Source: a virus
Length of the DNA stretch: 64,000 bases
Virus record (IMG/VR): IMGVR_UViG_3300011115_000874
Span: 1 to 64,000 of that record
Reading direction: 5' to 3' (one strand)
Part shown: one piece after another, positions 30,306-41,166 of the stretch
Position numbering within the stretch: position 1 is the first letter of the stretch
Layout: each line of letters starts with the position of its first letter
Translations under genes and position numbers: made by a program
Notes under the pieces: generated by a model
What the model was told of the DNA's origin: nothing
The model's input: the letters and a program-made list of their open reading frames with translations, nothing else
Databases searched by the model: none

Positions 30306-30962
30306 TTAGCTAACTTTTGTTATAGTAATTGGAATAGTTACTCTTGCTCCACTATCTCTACCAGTTATAATTAATACTGTTTGTAATTGGGTTTGTGAAC
30401 CAAATAATGAATTAATAGTAGTTCCAGTCATATTCAATGTAGTACCAATTACTGTTTTAGATACGTTAGTTCCAAGGGTAGTTGTTGAGTTTAAAGCAGT
30501 AGATGAATTAGTATTAACACCTACTCCATTAAATACACTCATTGTTCTAACATCACCTATAGTAAAATTATAACCAGATGTTTCATATGTTTGAGATCCA
30601 CCTAAATAATTTAATGTTTGAGGTGTAATTGATAATGAAGCACCTTGTTTTAATACTATGTTAGTATAACCAATATTAAGAATAGGCATTTTAGCTGTAC
30701 CACGAGGTAATGTAGTGAGTTGATACTTCATTATTTGAGTTTCATCTGAAAATGCTTCTAATAAAGGCATACCTTCAATTGCTTGACCATAATACGCTGA
30801 TCCTGAAGGATTGGTTGGGTTGAACAATGTGTAATCAATTTCATCATCTGATAGTGAGAATTGAGTGATACGGAATGAGCCGTCATTTTTAGCTAATAAC
30901 TCTCTACCTTTTTTAGTTAAAATAGCGTCAACTGTTACTATTTGGTTATTTAAATATCCCAT
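30306..30962 (-). CDS. Baseplate/tail-collar-like structural protein
   Basis: AILTKKGRELLA..ITQFSLSD resembles the N-terminus of tail-fibre attachment domains. Confidence 0.6.
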   Translation of the reverse strand: MGYLNNQIVTVDAILTKKGRELLAKNDGSFRITQFSLSDDEIDYTLFNPTNPSGSAYYGQAIEGMPLLEAFSDETQIMKYQLTTLPRGTAKMPILNIGYTNIVLKQGASLSITPQTLNYLGGSQTYETSGYNFTIGDVRTMSVFNGVGVNTNSSTALNSTTTLGTNVSKTVIGTTLNMTGTTINSLFGSQTQLQTVLIITGRDSGARVTIPITITKVS

Positions 30963-30990
30963 TTTTTATTTTAATTTATTATAAATATTA

Positions 30991-32505
30991 TTATATTGTA
31001 CCTTCTGCGGCAAGTTTTTGAACTATAGTTGTAAAATTATCTTCTAATTCTTTAGTCATATATTGTGGTTTAATAAAACCAGTTAGTGGTTGACCAGTTG
31101 TACCTGTAGGTTTAGGTACATCTAATATTATTTGATTACCAGCATTTGGATTTATCCTATATACAGTAAAATGATCTAAAATAGATCCTGATGGTATTGG
31201 TGGGCTTATTTCTAAGTAGATATATCCTCCAGTAAATGAACTAACATTATATACTTTAGATTGTTTTGTTTTATCATATTCAAATCTAATATAATCTCCA
31301 GGTCGAATATGAGCTAAAGATGTTATATTATTAAATCCTAATGATAAAGATGCTGTAGGTGTTATTTGGATGTAATCATTTTGAGAATTTAATATACTTG
31401 AAAATGGTAAGGTAGCAATTAAATATTGGACATTATTAGATGATGTAGGATAATTTACAGCACCTAACCAATATGAAGATGTTAATAATAAATCATTAGA
31501 ATAATTGGTTGTAGCAATAAATGAAGTATTTGTATTATTATCATTTGATCCTAATATTGTAGCGCTAGGAGTAATGCCTGGGTTTCCTCCTAGTTTATAT
31601 CTTACTTTTATTTGAGAACCACTTTCAAATACTTGTGGAAATGTTCCAACAATATTTACGCATGCTGATGGGAATAAAAAAGTACCTGTTCCTCTAGCTA
31701 TATAAAATTTACCTTCAGAATCAGATGATATTACTTGTATACTAGGTAAAGTTAAATTTGAAGGAGTTGGTAATATTTCTAAATCTAAAGATTGAGATGT
31801 CACAAAATTATCATTAGATTTTATTATTTGTAAGTAAAATTCTTCTTGGTCACTGAGATTAAATAACAACACACTAGCTTTAAAAGCTACTTTAGTACTA
31901 TAATCATATGTGTTAGTACTAAAAGAATATGTGTATGTAGATGGATTATAACTACCTGAAGGATCTAATAATTCAGTTGCAAATGGAAGGTCAGTCCATG
32001 TTGTACTGGTAATAGTTGTGTTTGAAGATCTTACAGCTGTGAAAGTATAATTTGGGGTAAAAGATATTTGTGATGTGGTTCCACCTTGATAAAAACTCAT
32101 TGTTCTTAAATAATCTATTCTTCCAGATCCGGTTTCTGTGGTTAGAACAGTATCTATTCTTCCTATGTCAGTTACAGTTTTAGTTCCTAATAATGATCCA
32201 AATAATGTAGTACCTTCTAAACTAGTAACATTAACTTGTTTTCCTGCTTCAAAATTTTGTAGTAAATTTAATACATCAATAGAATTTGGTTGGGGAGTAA
32301 CCACATTACCTTGAGCATCAATTAAATACTTTACAAAGTAAGCTGTTTGATCTATAAGTTCAGGACCTGTTCCTCCTATACTACTAAAATAAGCAAAATA
32401 AGTTTGATTTTTTTCAGCTGCTGGGAGTGAACCATATCCACTATCATCGGTAGTAGGGTCATTAAAATCTCCTTGAATATTTGCACTATATAAATTATCT
32501 GACAT
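30991..32505 (-). CDS. Putative tail/baseplate structural protein
   Basis: 504 aa, beta-rich Ser/Thr composition, in structural operon. Confidence 0.55.
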   Translation of the reverse strand: MSDNLYSANIQGDFNDPTTDDSGYGSLPAAEKNQTYFAYFSSIGGTGPELIDQTAYFVKYLIDAQGNVVTPQPNSIDVLNLLQNFEAGKQVNVTSLEGTTLFGSLLGTKTVTDIGRIDTVLTTETGSGRIDYLRTMSFYQGGTTSQISFTPNYTFTAVRSSNTTITSTTWTDLPFATELLDPSGSYNPSTYTYSFSTNTYDYSTKVAFKASVLLFNLSDQEEFYLQIIKSNDNFVTSQSLDLEILPTPSNLTLPSIQVISSDSEGKFYIARGTGTFLFPSACVNIVGTFPQVFESGSQIKVRYKLGGNPGITPSATILGSNDNNTNTSFIATTNYSNDLLLTSSYWLGAVNYPTSSNNVQYLIATLPFSSILNSQNDYIQITPTASLSLGFNNITSLAHIRPGDYIRFEYDKTKQSKVYNVSSFTGGYIYLEISPPIPSGSILDHFTVYRINPNAGNQIILDVPKPTGTTGQPLTGFIKPQYMTKELEDNFTTIVQKLAAEGTI

Positions 32506-32506
32506 G

Positions 32507-33475
32507 TTATATTGTTCTATATGAATTTGTTCTGCTGCCGTTGTATCTTAAATTAGACCAAGCTTTTGAACTATAATTTGAATCTTGGACAAATGCTCTA
32601 TCAGCTGTTCCTGATATGATAAGGCCAAAGTTAATAGGGACCAAGGGATTTTGAGAATAATCTACATCCATCCATGTAGTTGAGTATTGAGGAGTCTCAG
32701 CATTATCTAATAATGGGTTATAATCATTATAATCAAAATTAATAGAGTCTGGGTCGTATAATATTAATGATGGTGAAGCATTAAATGGGGTAGCATCATA
32801 TAAAGACATACTAACATAAAATTTAGTTATAGTAGTTGCTCCAATTAAAGAAGTAGTTACAAATCCTATTTGGTCATTTTCTAAAATTTGAAATGAGGAT
32901 GTAAGATACAATGTAAAATCAAAATTACCTCCAGCCCAACTATTAACAGCTGTTAAATAATTTGAATCATTAAACTCAACATTTTCATTCTTAACTATAG
33001 AAAATCCATTAGCTACAGCGGTAGTGGTGCCACTTCCACTTATTTGTACTTTAATAAATTTATTAGGTGTTTGGCCTGATAGGTATGAGCCTAGAGATGC
33101 AGTCATGAATCCTAAGGTATTTCCACTTATTGAACCAAAAGATGTTACTCTCTTATTGTAGATATCAGATGCTGTGCCTACCCCACCACCATCAGGAGAA
33201 GTAAAACTACTAGCTGAGGTAGCTAAAAAACTATAATCATTTATATCTCCTAATGATGAAGTAAATGGTTGTGGTGATGTTAAACCAAATATAAAATAAT
33301 CATTTTGAACTTGTGTTGTTGCTATATTATATTGTTTAACCCCAATATCTGGGTGGTTGATTCGAATTGAAGTCATTTGAGCTAGGTAATCAGACTTATC
33401 TGTACCATTAGTATCAAACTTATTAATTTTTAAATATTTTACACCTTCATTAAAGGTTGTACCGTATGTTGGCAT
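32507..33475 (-). CDS. Putative tail/baseplate structural protein
   Basis: 322 aa; C-terminal AFVQDSNYS..RYNGS. Confidence 0.55.
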   Translation of the reverse strand: MPTYGTTFNEGVKYLKINKFDTNGTDKSDYLAQMTSIRINHPDIGVKQYNIATTQVQNDYFIFGLTSPQPFTSSLGDINDYSFLATSASSFTSPDGGGVGTASDIYNKRVTSFGSISGNTLGFMTASLGSYLSGQTPNKFIKVQISGSGTTTAVANGFSIVKNENVEFNDSNYLTAVNSWAGGNFDFTLYLTSSFQILENDQIGFVTTSLIGATTITKFYVSMSLYDATPFNASPSLILYDPDSINFDYNDYNPLLDNAETPQYSTTWMDVDYSQNPLVPINFGLIISGTADRAFVQDSNYSSKAWSNLRYNGSRTNSYRTI

Positions 33476-33491
33476 ATAATTTTATTTAGTT

Positions 33492-36400
33492 TTAACCTAT
33501 ATTTCCTCCACCTCCAGTTGGTACACCTGGGCCTACTGGGGAGAGTGTACTACCTGTATCAAACCATAAATATATCTCTCCTTGGTTTGGTGAAGTATTA
33601 ATATTTAAAAAATTCTCTAAAGATGTTATAGTACTTATATACAATGTAGGAGTATATAAATTTTGTGTGGTTGAAGGATACTTAAATTCATTATTTGGAT
33701 TTAATTCACCATTTGTTACTACAAACTCAGTTCCAGGTAATTCCCCATTATAAAACTCATCTTGTGATGAATGAGAGATATAAGATATGCCTGTTGGTCC
33801 ATCATAAGTTTGTATCCAAGATTGAGTGAAGTTTAAATTATTAAAATTATTAAATGTTCCCCCAGTACTACCACTTATAAAAGCAGTATCAATAACACCT
33901 TCATATGTTAAATCCTCCCCATAATTAAATGAACTACTTAAACCTAAACTTGAAGAATAAGTAGTTGAGTTTTGATATTGAGTATCATAAACTTGTGGTT
34001 GTGGGTATTTATTTCTTTCTAAAATATGTTGTTTGATAACTACACCAGTTGTAAGACTTGTTCTTGCAGGAACAAAATCCTTAATCATTTTAAATAATGA
34101 GTTATCAAAATATTTAATTAATCTTACATAATCAGTTAAATCGTAAGTATCAAAATACTTTTGGAAGAAATTATTACTTAAAGTGTTTAAATCAGGATAT
34201 GAAGTAGCAGATGAAGATACTTGTCTTGGGTCACCAATATATTCACCTATATTAAAGTATCCTAATGAATCAATAATATCATCGTTAACTTCGTTTTGAG
34301 GTGAAAATGCTACCTCTAACATGTTGACATCAGGTGATTCACTACCTAATGATGGATAATATTGTTCTATAGAAGTATATTGTGATAATACACTTCCTGT
34401 AGGTAAACTAGATGATACAATTTGTATTTTGTCTGTTACTCTACCTTTTAAACCTATTACTGGTGAATTTAAAAATCGTGCTTCAATATTTGGTTTAAAA
34501 GTAACATTAGTTAATGTAGCGTCATTAGATGCTATAAATGAAGCTGTTTGAGCCCAAGAACCTGTTATTCTAGGATGTACAGATTGTGATCCAGTATATA
34601 AATCTCCTCCTAAAGGTAATCTAAATGCTAAATAATCATCATATAAAATCTCTCCAGAATAATCTATAGATTGAGGATTCATCACATAATCTTTAAATGA
34701 ATCTACACTTCCTGTTTTGATCCAATATCTTATTTCTTGTAATGAACCTGTGAATCTATTATATGTTGTTCCTCCTATACTTGAAGAAGAAGATACGAAT
34801 ACTGATACACTACTACTCCCAGTCCATGATGTGTTAGCTAATACAACTGATGAAGAAGCTAAATATCCTATTTGGTTACCATCATACCCATCATAATAAA
34901 GTTTATTACTAGCATATAATGTATAAGTATCTTGAAACTTATTAATCATAACTGACCACCACCCATGATCAAAAAATGGTAAGTATACACTTGCTGTATT
35001 TACAATATCATTTACTTTAGGGTAAAATGTTAAATAAGCATGTTGGTAATAAGGATTTACTGATGATCCACTATATGAACCTGAGGTTAAACCTGATCCA
35101 CTATATCTAAGAACTAATGAAGATGAAGGTGGAGTAGTTGGTCCTGTATTTAGACTCCAAATTTGGTAATTAGATCCTGTGTCAAAATCACTAGTTTTGA
35201 ATCTAAATTGTATTGATGATGCTTTAAAATTATTAATACTAGCACTCCACGCTGTATTTAAAAGCCATGGGGTAATAATTAATGATGATGCACTTGCCTC
35301 AGCAGCGTAATTAAATTGTTGGTCAAAATAATCATAAGTAGAAGTATCTTTGTCTCTACCTCCAAACTCACTAATTCTTAAAATAGTATCAGGTACACCA
35401 AAACAATTTATTAACGCTCGTAAACCAGGTATAGTACCCTTAGTTTTAGCTAAATAAGGTAAGTTATGATAAATACGTTTATATATTTCTTTATTTAAAT
35501 CATCTATTGGTGTAACAGATGCTTCATATGAAGCAGTTATATAGTTTGTAATTAAATCTGATCCTGTTGGATTTAGATTTATACCTGTACTTCCTGAGTT
35601 AAATCCAGTGAAGGCGTTAAATAAATCACTAGTAGTAAAATTATTTTGATATAATTTAACTCCAAATGACTTTAATGCCTCAGCTACTAAATCTTTTGAA
35701 ATACCATAATCTAATCTATTATCAGCATTATAATGGTTAGTAACATCTTTATAATATGTCCATAAGTAATCATAATGTTGTCCTACTAATTGTACAAAAG
35801 AATAATATGGTGAATTTCTTTCATCATCACGTATATATTCAGGTATAGTATAGTATAAATAATCTTGATTATTTCTATCATATATAGATGCACTAAGTAA
35901 TCTTCCCCCATAGTAAGGAGATGTATAATCAGAACTACCTAACCAGTTTAAAACTTGAGTACTACCTGTTGAATATAAAGTATAAGGTACTTTATTATTA
36001 GATTTAGGCCATGTATATGATCCTGATTCATAGTACATATAATATTCGTATCCATCAAAATTTTGTATTATATCTGTTATTTTATTTTTAATAATAACAG
36101 AACTTGTTAATGATGATGTAACACTAGATAATAAATTTAATTCATTATTATAGGTTTCTATTTGTTTTACTTTATAGTAAAAATTATCTAATCTAGTTTC
36201 AGCTGAAGAAAAATGTATGAAATTAGAAAAATCAGTGTAATCAAGGCTAATATCAATTGCTTTTTCTTCTAATATACTTTTAATTTGGTTTACAGATGAA
36301 GTAAGAGTATTAGATAATAATAAATTATAATTTGTATAATCAGTTGAGTTATTTAGTCTATCCTGTATATTAACATTAAAATTTGGGCCTTTTATACCAA

Positions 36401-37070
36401 ATGTGACTACAGGAGGAGTAAAAGGTTCAGGTGTGTAAATTATATTAAAAGCTAAAGAATTAGCTATTTTAGTTACAACCCAAAAATCTGAGTTGGTGCT
36501 AATATTAGATGGAAGAGGATTATATAAATTAATTAATATATCATTTGTAGTAGGATTAACTTGTATGTTGTTAGCTACTAATAATATATTGTTACCAAAA
36601 TTTAAATAAAAATCACTAAAATAAAAAGAAGTATTATTAGTAAAATTATTAACTATAAGAACAGGATCTATTGATGGTGAAGTATATTTAACAACTAACT
36701 CAGTTCTATCAGCTGATATACTTTTTATAAAAAGGCCTTTATTTATAGAATTAGTTAATAATTCATTCCTGTAAAAGTTATAATATGTGTTATAGTCTCC
36801 AGATGTAATTCCTCTATTACTTAAATCAACTTCAGGATTTATTTCTATAGAACTAATATTATTTGATACAACTGTCCCATCTATTGGAAATGAAAAAGCA
36901 TTATAGTTATAATCTACAGTTTGAAATGAATTATTCTTTGTAGAAATTACATACTCAATATAATCAGTAGATGGATTAAATGTAGCCTCAATTTGAGTTG
37001 GGTTAATTAATCTTTCATCTTGTGAAGAATAAGGAGAAGAAGAAAATATTTGGGATATAGTTACAGCCAT
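33492..37070 (-). CDS. Baseplate wedge-like protein with LamG-like region
   Basis: NLPYLAKTKGTIPGLRALINCFG (KGT wedge motif), FTGSLQEIRYW, IKDFVPART. Confidence 0.7.
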   Translation of the reverse strand: MAVTISQIFSSSPYSSQDERLINPTQIEATFNPSTDYIEYVISTKNNSFQTVDYNYNAFSFPIDGTVVSNNISSIEINPEVDLSNRGITSGDYNTYYNFYRNELLTNSINKGLFIKSISADRTELVVKYTSPSIDPVLIVNNFTNNTSFYFSDFYLNFGNNILLVANNIQVNPTTNDILINLYNPLPSNISTNSDFWVVTKIANSLAFNIIYTPEPFTPPVVTFGIKGPNFNVNIQDRLNNSTDYTNYNLLLSNTLTSSVNQIKSILEEKAIDISLDYTDFSNFIHFSSAETRLDNFYYKVKQIETYNNELNLLSSVTSSLTSSVIIKNKITDIIQNFDGYEYYMYYESGSYTWPKSNNKVPYTLYSTGSTQVLNWLGSSDYTSPYYGGRLLSASIYDRNNQDYLYYTIPEYIRDDERNSPYYSFVQLVGQHYDYLWTYYKDVTNHYNADNRLDYGISKDLVAEALKSFGVKLYQNNFTTSDLFNAFTGFNSGSTGINLNPTGSDLITNYITASYEASVTPIDDLNKEIYKRIYHNLPYLAKTKGTIPGLRALINCFGVPDTILRISEFGGRDKDTSTYDYFDQQFNYAAEASASSLIITPWLLNTAWSASINNFKASSIQFRFKTSDFDTGSNYQIWSLNTGPTTPPSSSLVLRYSGSGLTSGSYSGSSVNPYYQHAYLTFYPKVNDIVNTASVYLPFFDHGWWSVMINKFQDTYTLYASNKLYYDGYDGNQIGYLASSSVVLANTSWTGSSSVSVFVSSSSSIGGTTYNRFTGSLQEIRYWIKTGSVDSFKDYVMNPQSIDYSGEILYDDYLAFRLPLGGDLYTGSQSVHPRITGSWAQTASFIASNDATLTNVTFKPNIEARFLNSPVIGLKGRVTDKIQIVSSSLPTGSVLSQYTSIEQYYPSLGSESPDVNMLEVAFSPQNEVNDDIIDSLGYFNIGEYIGDPRQVSSSATSYPDLNTLSNNFFQKYFDTYDLTDYVRLIKYFDNSLFKMIKDFVPARTSLTTGVVIKQHILERNKYPQPQVYDTQYQNSTTYSSSLGLSSSFNYGEDLTYEGVIDTAFISGSTGGTFNNFNNLNFTQSWIQTYDGPTGISYISHSSQDEFYNGELPGTEFVVTNGELNPNNEFKYPSTTQNLYTPTLYISTITSLENFLNINTSPNQGEIYLWFDTGSTLSPVGPGVPTGGGGNIG

Positions 37071-37420
37071 TATTTTATATTTAAGCTAGATGAAAATTGA
37101 AGATTTAAAACTTGTTGGTTAGCTGCTAACAGTTGTTGTCTTAATGATGATATTTCATCTAATAAAAGTTGAGTTTCATCATTTGGAATAGCAACATTTA
37201 TATAATCTCCACTTGTTTTAACTAAATATTCATGTGAATTTATATTCCCTTCAGCAGGAATATCATAAAATATTTTATTATAATACCCAAAAAATTGTTC
37301 TACAGTTATAGTATCTTCAACTGGTGGTGGTGGAAGTTGTAACTGTGTAAAAGAAGTATCAATAACGTTAGTATATTCTCTTCTATTATAAACTGTTTTA
37401 TTTAAATTATAATTAGCCAT
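37070..37420 (-). CDS. Hypothetical structural protein
   Basis: 116 aa with C-terminal coiled coil; coupled to neighbours. Confidence 0.6.
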   Translation of the reverse strand: MANYNLNKTVYNRREYTNVIDTSFTQLQLPPPPVEDTITVEQFFGYYNKIFYDIPAEGNINSHEYLVKTSGDYINVAIPNDETQLLLDEISSLRQQLLAANQQVLNLQFSSSLNIK

Positions 37421-38501
37421 TTATTACTTTAAAATAATAATTATCATCAAATATTATTGTACTACCATTTATAGTGGTCTTGATCAATATACTATAGAAT
37501 CGTTCTGGTTCCAAGCCGTTCATGTAAAGCTTAAAATAACTTCCATTAGCATCTACACTTAATTGAGTAAATTGGTTATCAAAATCAATCACATACTCAT
37601 TAGTATATAAATCTTTAATAGCGTAATATGATGCTGTAGGTAAATAATAATTTTGAGTGAAATATGAGGCAGTAGCAAATACTCTATTAGGATATTCAGG
37701 TCTACTGTTTACTCTAAAAATATTATCACTATCAGGATAAAAAATACCTGGGTTATTGTCTACCGCTATAGTAGCAGGGAAGACATTTATTTCAGTTAAA
37801 GAACCAGTACTAAATGAATAGTCTCTCCATTTTATTTCTAATTGAGGAGGATATATAGTATGGGTATCTCTTGAAAAATAATCTAAATTAATATTATATA
37901 AAAGATTGTTTACAAACTCAGCAGCTTGTTTAATAATAAATCCATTATTAGCTATTGAACCTGAGTACCAACTTCTAACTATAGGTGTAACATCTACGTT
38001 TATATCTTTATCATCATAGTATGAAAATGACTGCGTATAAGATGAAGTATACCAATTACCTCCACCACTCACGGAACCATATGATCCTGTTATTCCAACA
38101 GGGAATCCCGTTGTTCTCCAAGCACCACTACCAGAAGATAATCTATTATACCAACTTACTCCATTAGTATATTCTGGGGAGTAAGAATATTTTCCTGTAC
38201 CCATGTTCCAAGAACCAGTCACAGCGTATATTTCTAAAGTAGTGTCTGAGTTTAATCCATTAACTTCAGATATAAATCCTTTTAATGAAGCACTCCAAAC
38301 TGACCCACTTATTTTATTATTAATTACATCAGCTATTTCAGTGGATGAAAATTGGATTAAAGTTCTAGCAGCTTGTGTGTTACCACTATCTTGAGCATCC
38401 TCAATACTTACAGATAATATTTCATTTAATCCTGCATTTTTATTAGGATATCTAGAATATATTGTAGCGTCTTGTGAAGGGAATAATTTGTATATAGCCA
38501 T
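37413..38501 (-). CDS. Structural protein with DNRLRE/disaggregatase-like domain
   Basis: FPSQDATIYS..RTLIQF..DVTPIV..NNGFII..YFSRD..PQLEIKW. Confidence 0.6.
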   Translation of the reverse strand: MAIYKLFPSQDATIYSRYPNKNAGLNEILSVSIEDAQDSGNTQAARTLIQFSSTEIADVINNKISGSVWSASLKGFISEVNGLNSDTTLEIYAVTGSWNMGTGKYSYSPEYTNGVSWYNRLSSGSGAWRTTGFPVGITGSYGSVSGGGNWYTSSYTQSFSYYDDKDINVDVTPIVRSWYSGSIANNGFIIKQAAEFVNNLLYNINLDYFSRDTHTIYPPQLEIKWRDYSFSTGSLTEINVFPATIAVDNNPGIFYPDSDNIFRVNSRPEYPNRVFATASYFTQNYYLPTASYYAIKDLYTNEYVIDFDNQFTQLSVDANGSYFKLYMNGLEPERFYSILIKTTINGSTIIFDDNYYFKVING

Positions 38502-38520
38502 TTGTTATAAATATAATTTA

Positions 38521-40383
38521 TTAAAAGGATACAACTTTACCTTTAATATCAACATTAGGGTATTTAACTTCAAATATCATTGGGTCTAAACTTGGATATA
38601 CAACATTATTTTGAGTAGCACCTGCTATGTCATAAGCATATTCTGAGTATCCTAATATTGCTCCAGTTTTATTAACTATAGCTACATTTTTAACTGTTTG
38701 AACTCCTTCTATTTTATCTAAAAGTAAATAAATATCTTTTAATATAATAGGTTCATTTATTTGCCAATTATTTAAATTAAAAAATTGTTTTAGTTGAGTA
38801 ATACAATTAAATATAACTTCATTACTATTATATTGAGGGTAGACAGTAATATTAAAATCTACACCTATATTAATAATAAATGCGTCTTTAATTTTAATAG
38901 AGTCATTTATTACTCTATTTTGTGAGATATATGTAGAAAGATTTTGTTTTAGCGCTGGTGATGCTTGGGTTAGATTCCCATTAACATCATAAGATAAAAC
39001 ATATAAATCTAAAACAGATGGAGTTTCTCCTGGGAGGAGAGATGATATTTTTTGAGTTTCAATATATGCTTTTGATATTGAGCCATAATCTGGGGGTAAA
39101 CTCATAGCCCTAACTAAATAATCATCTAATGTGACACTTCTTTGTTGGGATGTAAAACTAACTAGAGAATTTAATCTTATTTGTTCAATTGTATCTCCAG
39201 GTGAACCACCATTAGCTGCTGATGGATTATTTGTAGCTACAGAATTAAAAACATATTGTGCTAAAGTAGCGTCTAGTCCATTATTTACCTTAATATTATT
39301 TTTATTGGTTATAACATTTAATACACCAGAAGCTACATTAGATGTAATCCCACCACCAATTAAATACCTTACTGTTAAAGTAGTATTATTAGGAGCTATA
39401 CCATAAGTATCAGTGTATAAAAAGTTAGATGGAGAGAATGCTGTTGTTAATAATGATCTTTTATATGGTAAACCTAAACCTATATTATTAGGGTTAGGAG
39501 TAATTTCTTCATCTATATTTTGAGTATTAGTACCTGCTCCAAATTGGATTTGAAGTGTTGTTGGAGTCATAAATCTAGTTACAAATCTACGAGGTATTTT
39601 TTTAAGTTGAAGAAGAAATGGAACATCACTTTGATTAACTGAGAGGTTAGGATTGTTTATATTAGTATTTTTAATAGTATCATATACCATTTCTTGAGCT
39701 AAATATGGTACTTCATACCATTTATTTCCGTCACTATCAGTTATATCTAATATTTTAATTATATTAGAATCTTCTATTTCTATTGTTGGATATTTTTCTA
39801 CAGATCCAAAAGAGAATGTTGTTGTTTTAATTTCAGCTGATATAGCTTTTCTAGTTTTCTTTAAAAGGAAATAATCAATATTATTTCCAGTTGTTTGATA
39901 AATAGTTACAGTTGTAGGGTCTTGTGAACTAGAGAATGAAAAATCAACTGAGTCTTGCATCAAAAATGAAGTATTTTGAGTTAAAGATGAGTTAATTTGA
40001 GTGTTTTCAAGTAATTGAACAGCATAATTATAATCAGGAGTATAATTTGTTCCTGATAATATAGATGGGATTTGTTGGTATACATCAATATCAACTGTAG
40101 CTGCTCCAGTGACTTTTGGAGTATAACCTAACATATATGCTAATGAATATATATTATTTTGCTGTCTAGCATATTGGATAAAATTCTCTTGAATTTGATT
40201 ATCAAGATAAAAAGATAATACGTCACCAACATAAGCTGACATTTCAAGAAACATAGTACCAGGGGAACTAGGAGTAAAATTAGCGTAAGTTGAAGGGAAA
40301 TAAGTTTTAGCAAATTCAGTTAATGTATTTTTGAATTCACTAAAATCCTTATTAATGTATTTAATGTCAATATTTTCAGCCAT
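38521..40383 (-). CDS. Baseplate wedge subunit (T4 gp6 / P2 J-like)
   Basis: DFSEFK..L..YVGDVLSFYLD..QENF..A..LAYMLGY; QFGAG; GG..DTIEQIR; QRSVTLDDY. Confidence 0.88.
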   Translation of the reverse strand: MAENIDIKYINKDFSEFKNTLTEFAKTYFPSTYANFTPSSPGTMFLEMSAYVGDVLSFYLDNQIQENFIQYARQQNNIYSLAYMLGYTPKVTGAATVDIDVYQQIPSILSGTNYTPDYNYAVQLLENTQINSSLTQNTSFLMQDSVDFSFSSSQDPTTVTIYQTTGNNIDYFLLKKTRKAISAEIKTTTFSFGSVEKYPTIEIEDSNIIKILDITDSDGNKWYEVPYLAQEMVYDTIKNTNINNPNLSVNQSDVPFLLQLKKIPRRFVTRFMTPTTLQIQFGAGTNTQNIDEEITPNPNNIGLGLPYKRSLLTTAFSPSNFLYTDTYGIAPNNTTLTVRYLIGGGITSNVASGVLNVITNKNNIKVNNGLDATLAQYVFNSVATNNPSAANGGSPGDTIEQIRLNSLVSFTSQQRSVTLDDYLVRAMSLPPDYGSISKAYIETQKISSLLPGETPSVLDLYVLSYDVNGNLTQASPALKQNLSTYISQNRVINDSIKIKDAFIINIGVDFNITVYPQYNSNEVIFNCITQLKQFFNLNNWQINEPIILKDIYLLLDKIEGVQTVKNVAIVNKTGAILGYSEYAYDIAGATQNNVVYPSLDPMIFEVKYPNVDIKGKVVSF

Positions 40384-40384
40384 G

Positions 40385-40801
40385 TTATAAAGTTATATCT
40401 ATAGAATTTTTGTTACCAGCAAATGAATAATCAATAATAATATTAATTGAGTTAACATCATAATTTGGATTAATAATTACACTATTTGTAGTGATTTGTG
40501 GAAAATTTGCTTTTAATCCTTCTATAATTTGTAATTTAAGATTATTTAAATTTACTTCAGTTGTATTTTGAAATATAAATCTTCTTAAATCACTACCATA
40601 ATTTGGATTAAGAACACGTTCACCTTTATTAGTTAACATATAATTAATAACATCTGATCTTAATTGTTCTGTAGTAGTGTATGTTGAACTAAATACAGCA
40701 TCTGAACCACTAATTATTGAACCAACAAATGGTAGACTTACCCCAATAGCTAGTTGATAATCAAGATCTAATGGATTATTATTTTCTATTCTATATGCCA
40801 T
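40385..40801 (-). CDS. Baseplate gp25-like protein
   Basis: MLTNKGERVLNPNYGSDL motif. Confidence 0.9.
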   Translation of the reverse strand: MAYRIENNNPLDLDYQLAIGVSLPFVGSIISGSDAVFSSTYTTTEQLRSDVINYMLTNKGERVLNPNYGSDLRRFIFQNTTEVNLNNLKLQIIEGLKANFPQITTNSVIINPNYDVNSINIIIDYSFAGNKNSIDITL

Positions 40802-41148
40802 TATTTACTATTCATTAGTCCCATTATTTGATCTAAACCTACTTCACCGCCTGGGAGACTTGATCCTTCACCCATTGTGTTAATTGGTGGAGGTGTGTAA
40901 GCAGGTTGAGCATGAGATGAGTTTGCAGTAATTGTAGCATCAAATTCACCTCCAATCATACTTCGTAAATTACGTTTAAGATCATGATTTACAGGAGAAG
41001 ATTGTTGATAGGTAGGAACGGGAGTATAAGTTTCCTGTATTACTGTTTTAGGTGATTTAACTGCTTCAAGAAGGATATCTTTAATTTCCTCTTGAATTGC
41101 TTCACGTACTGCTTCTTTAATTAATTTTTTTAGTCCGTCGATTTTCAT
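40801..41148 (-). CDS. Hypothetical protein
   Basis: LKKLIKEAVREAIQEEIKDILLEA start; late motif upstream. Confidence 0.6.
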   Translation of the reverse strand: MKIDGLKKLIKEAVREAIQEEIKDILLEAVKSPKTVIQETYTPVPTYQQSSPVNHDLKRNLRSMIGGEFDATITANSSHAQPAYTPPPINTMGEGSSLPGGEVGLDQIMGLMNSK

Positions 41149-41166
41149 ATGATTATAAATATTTGA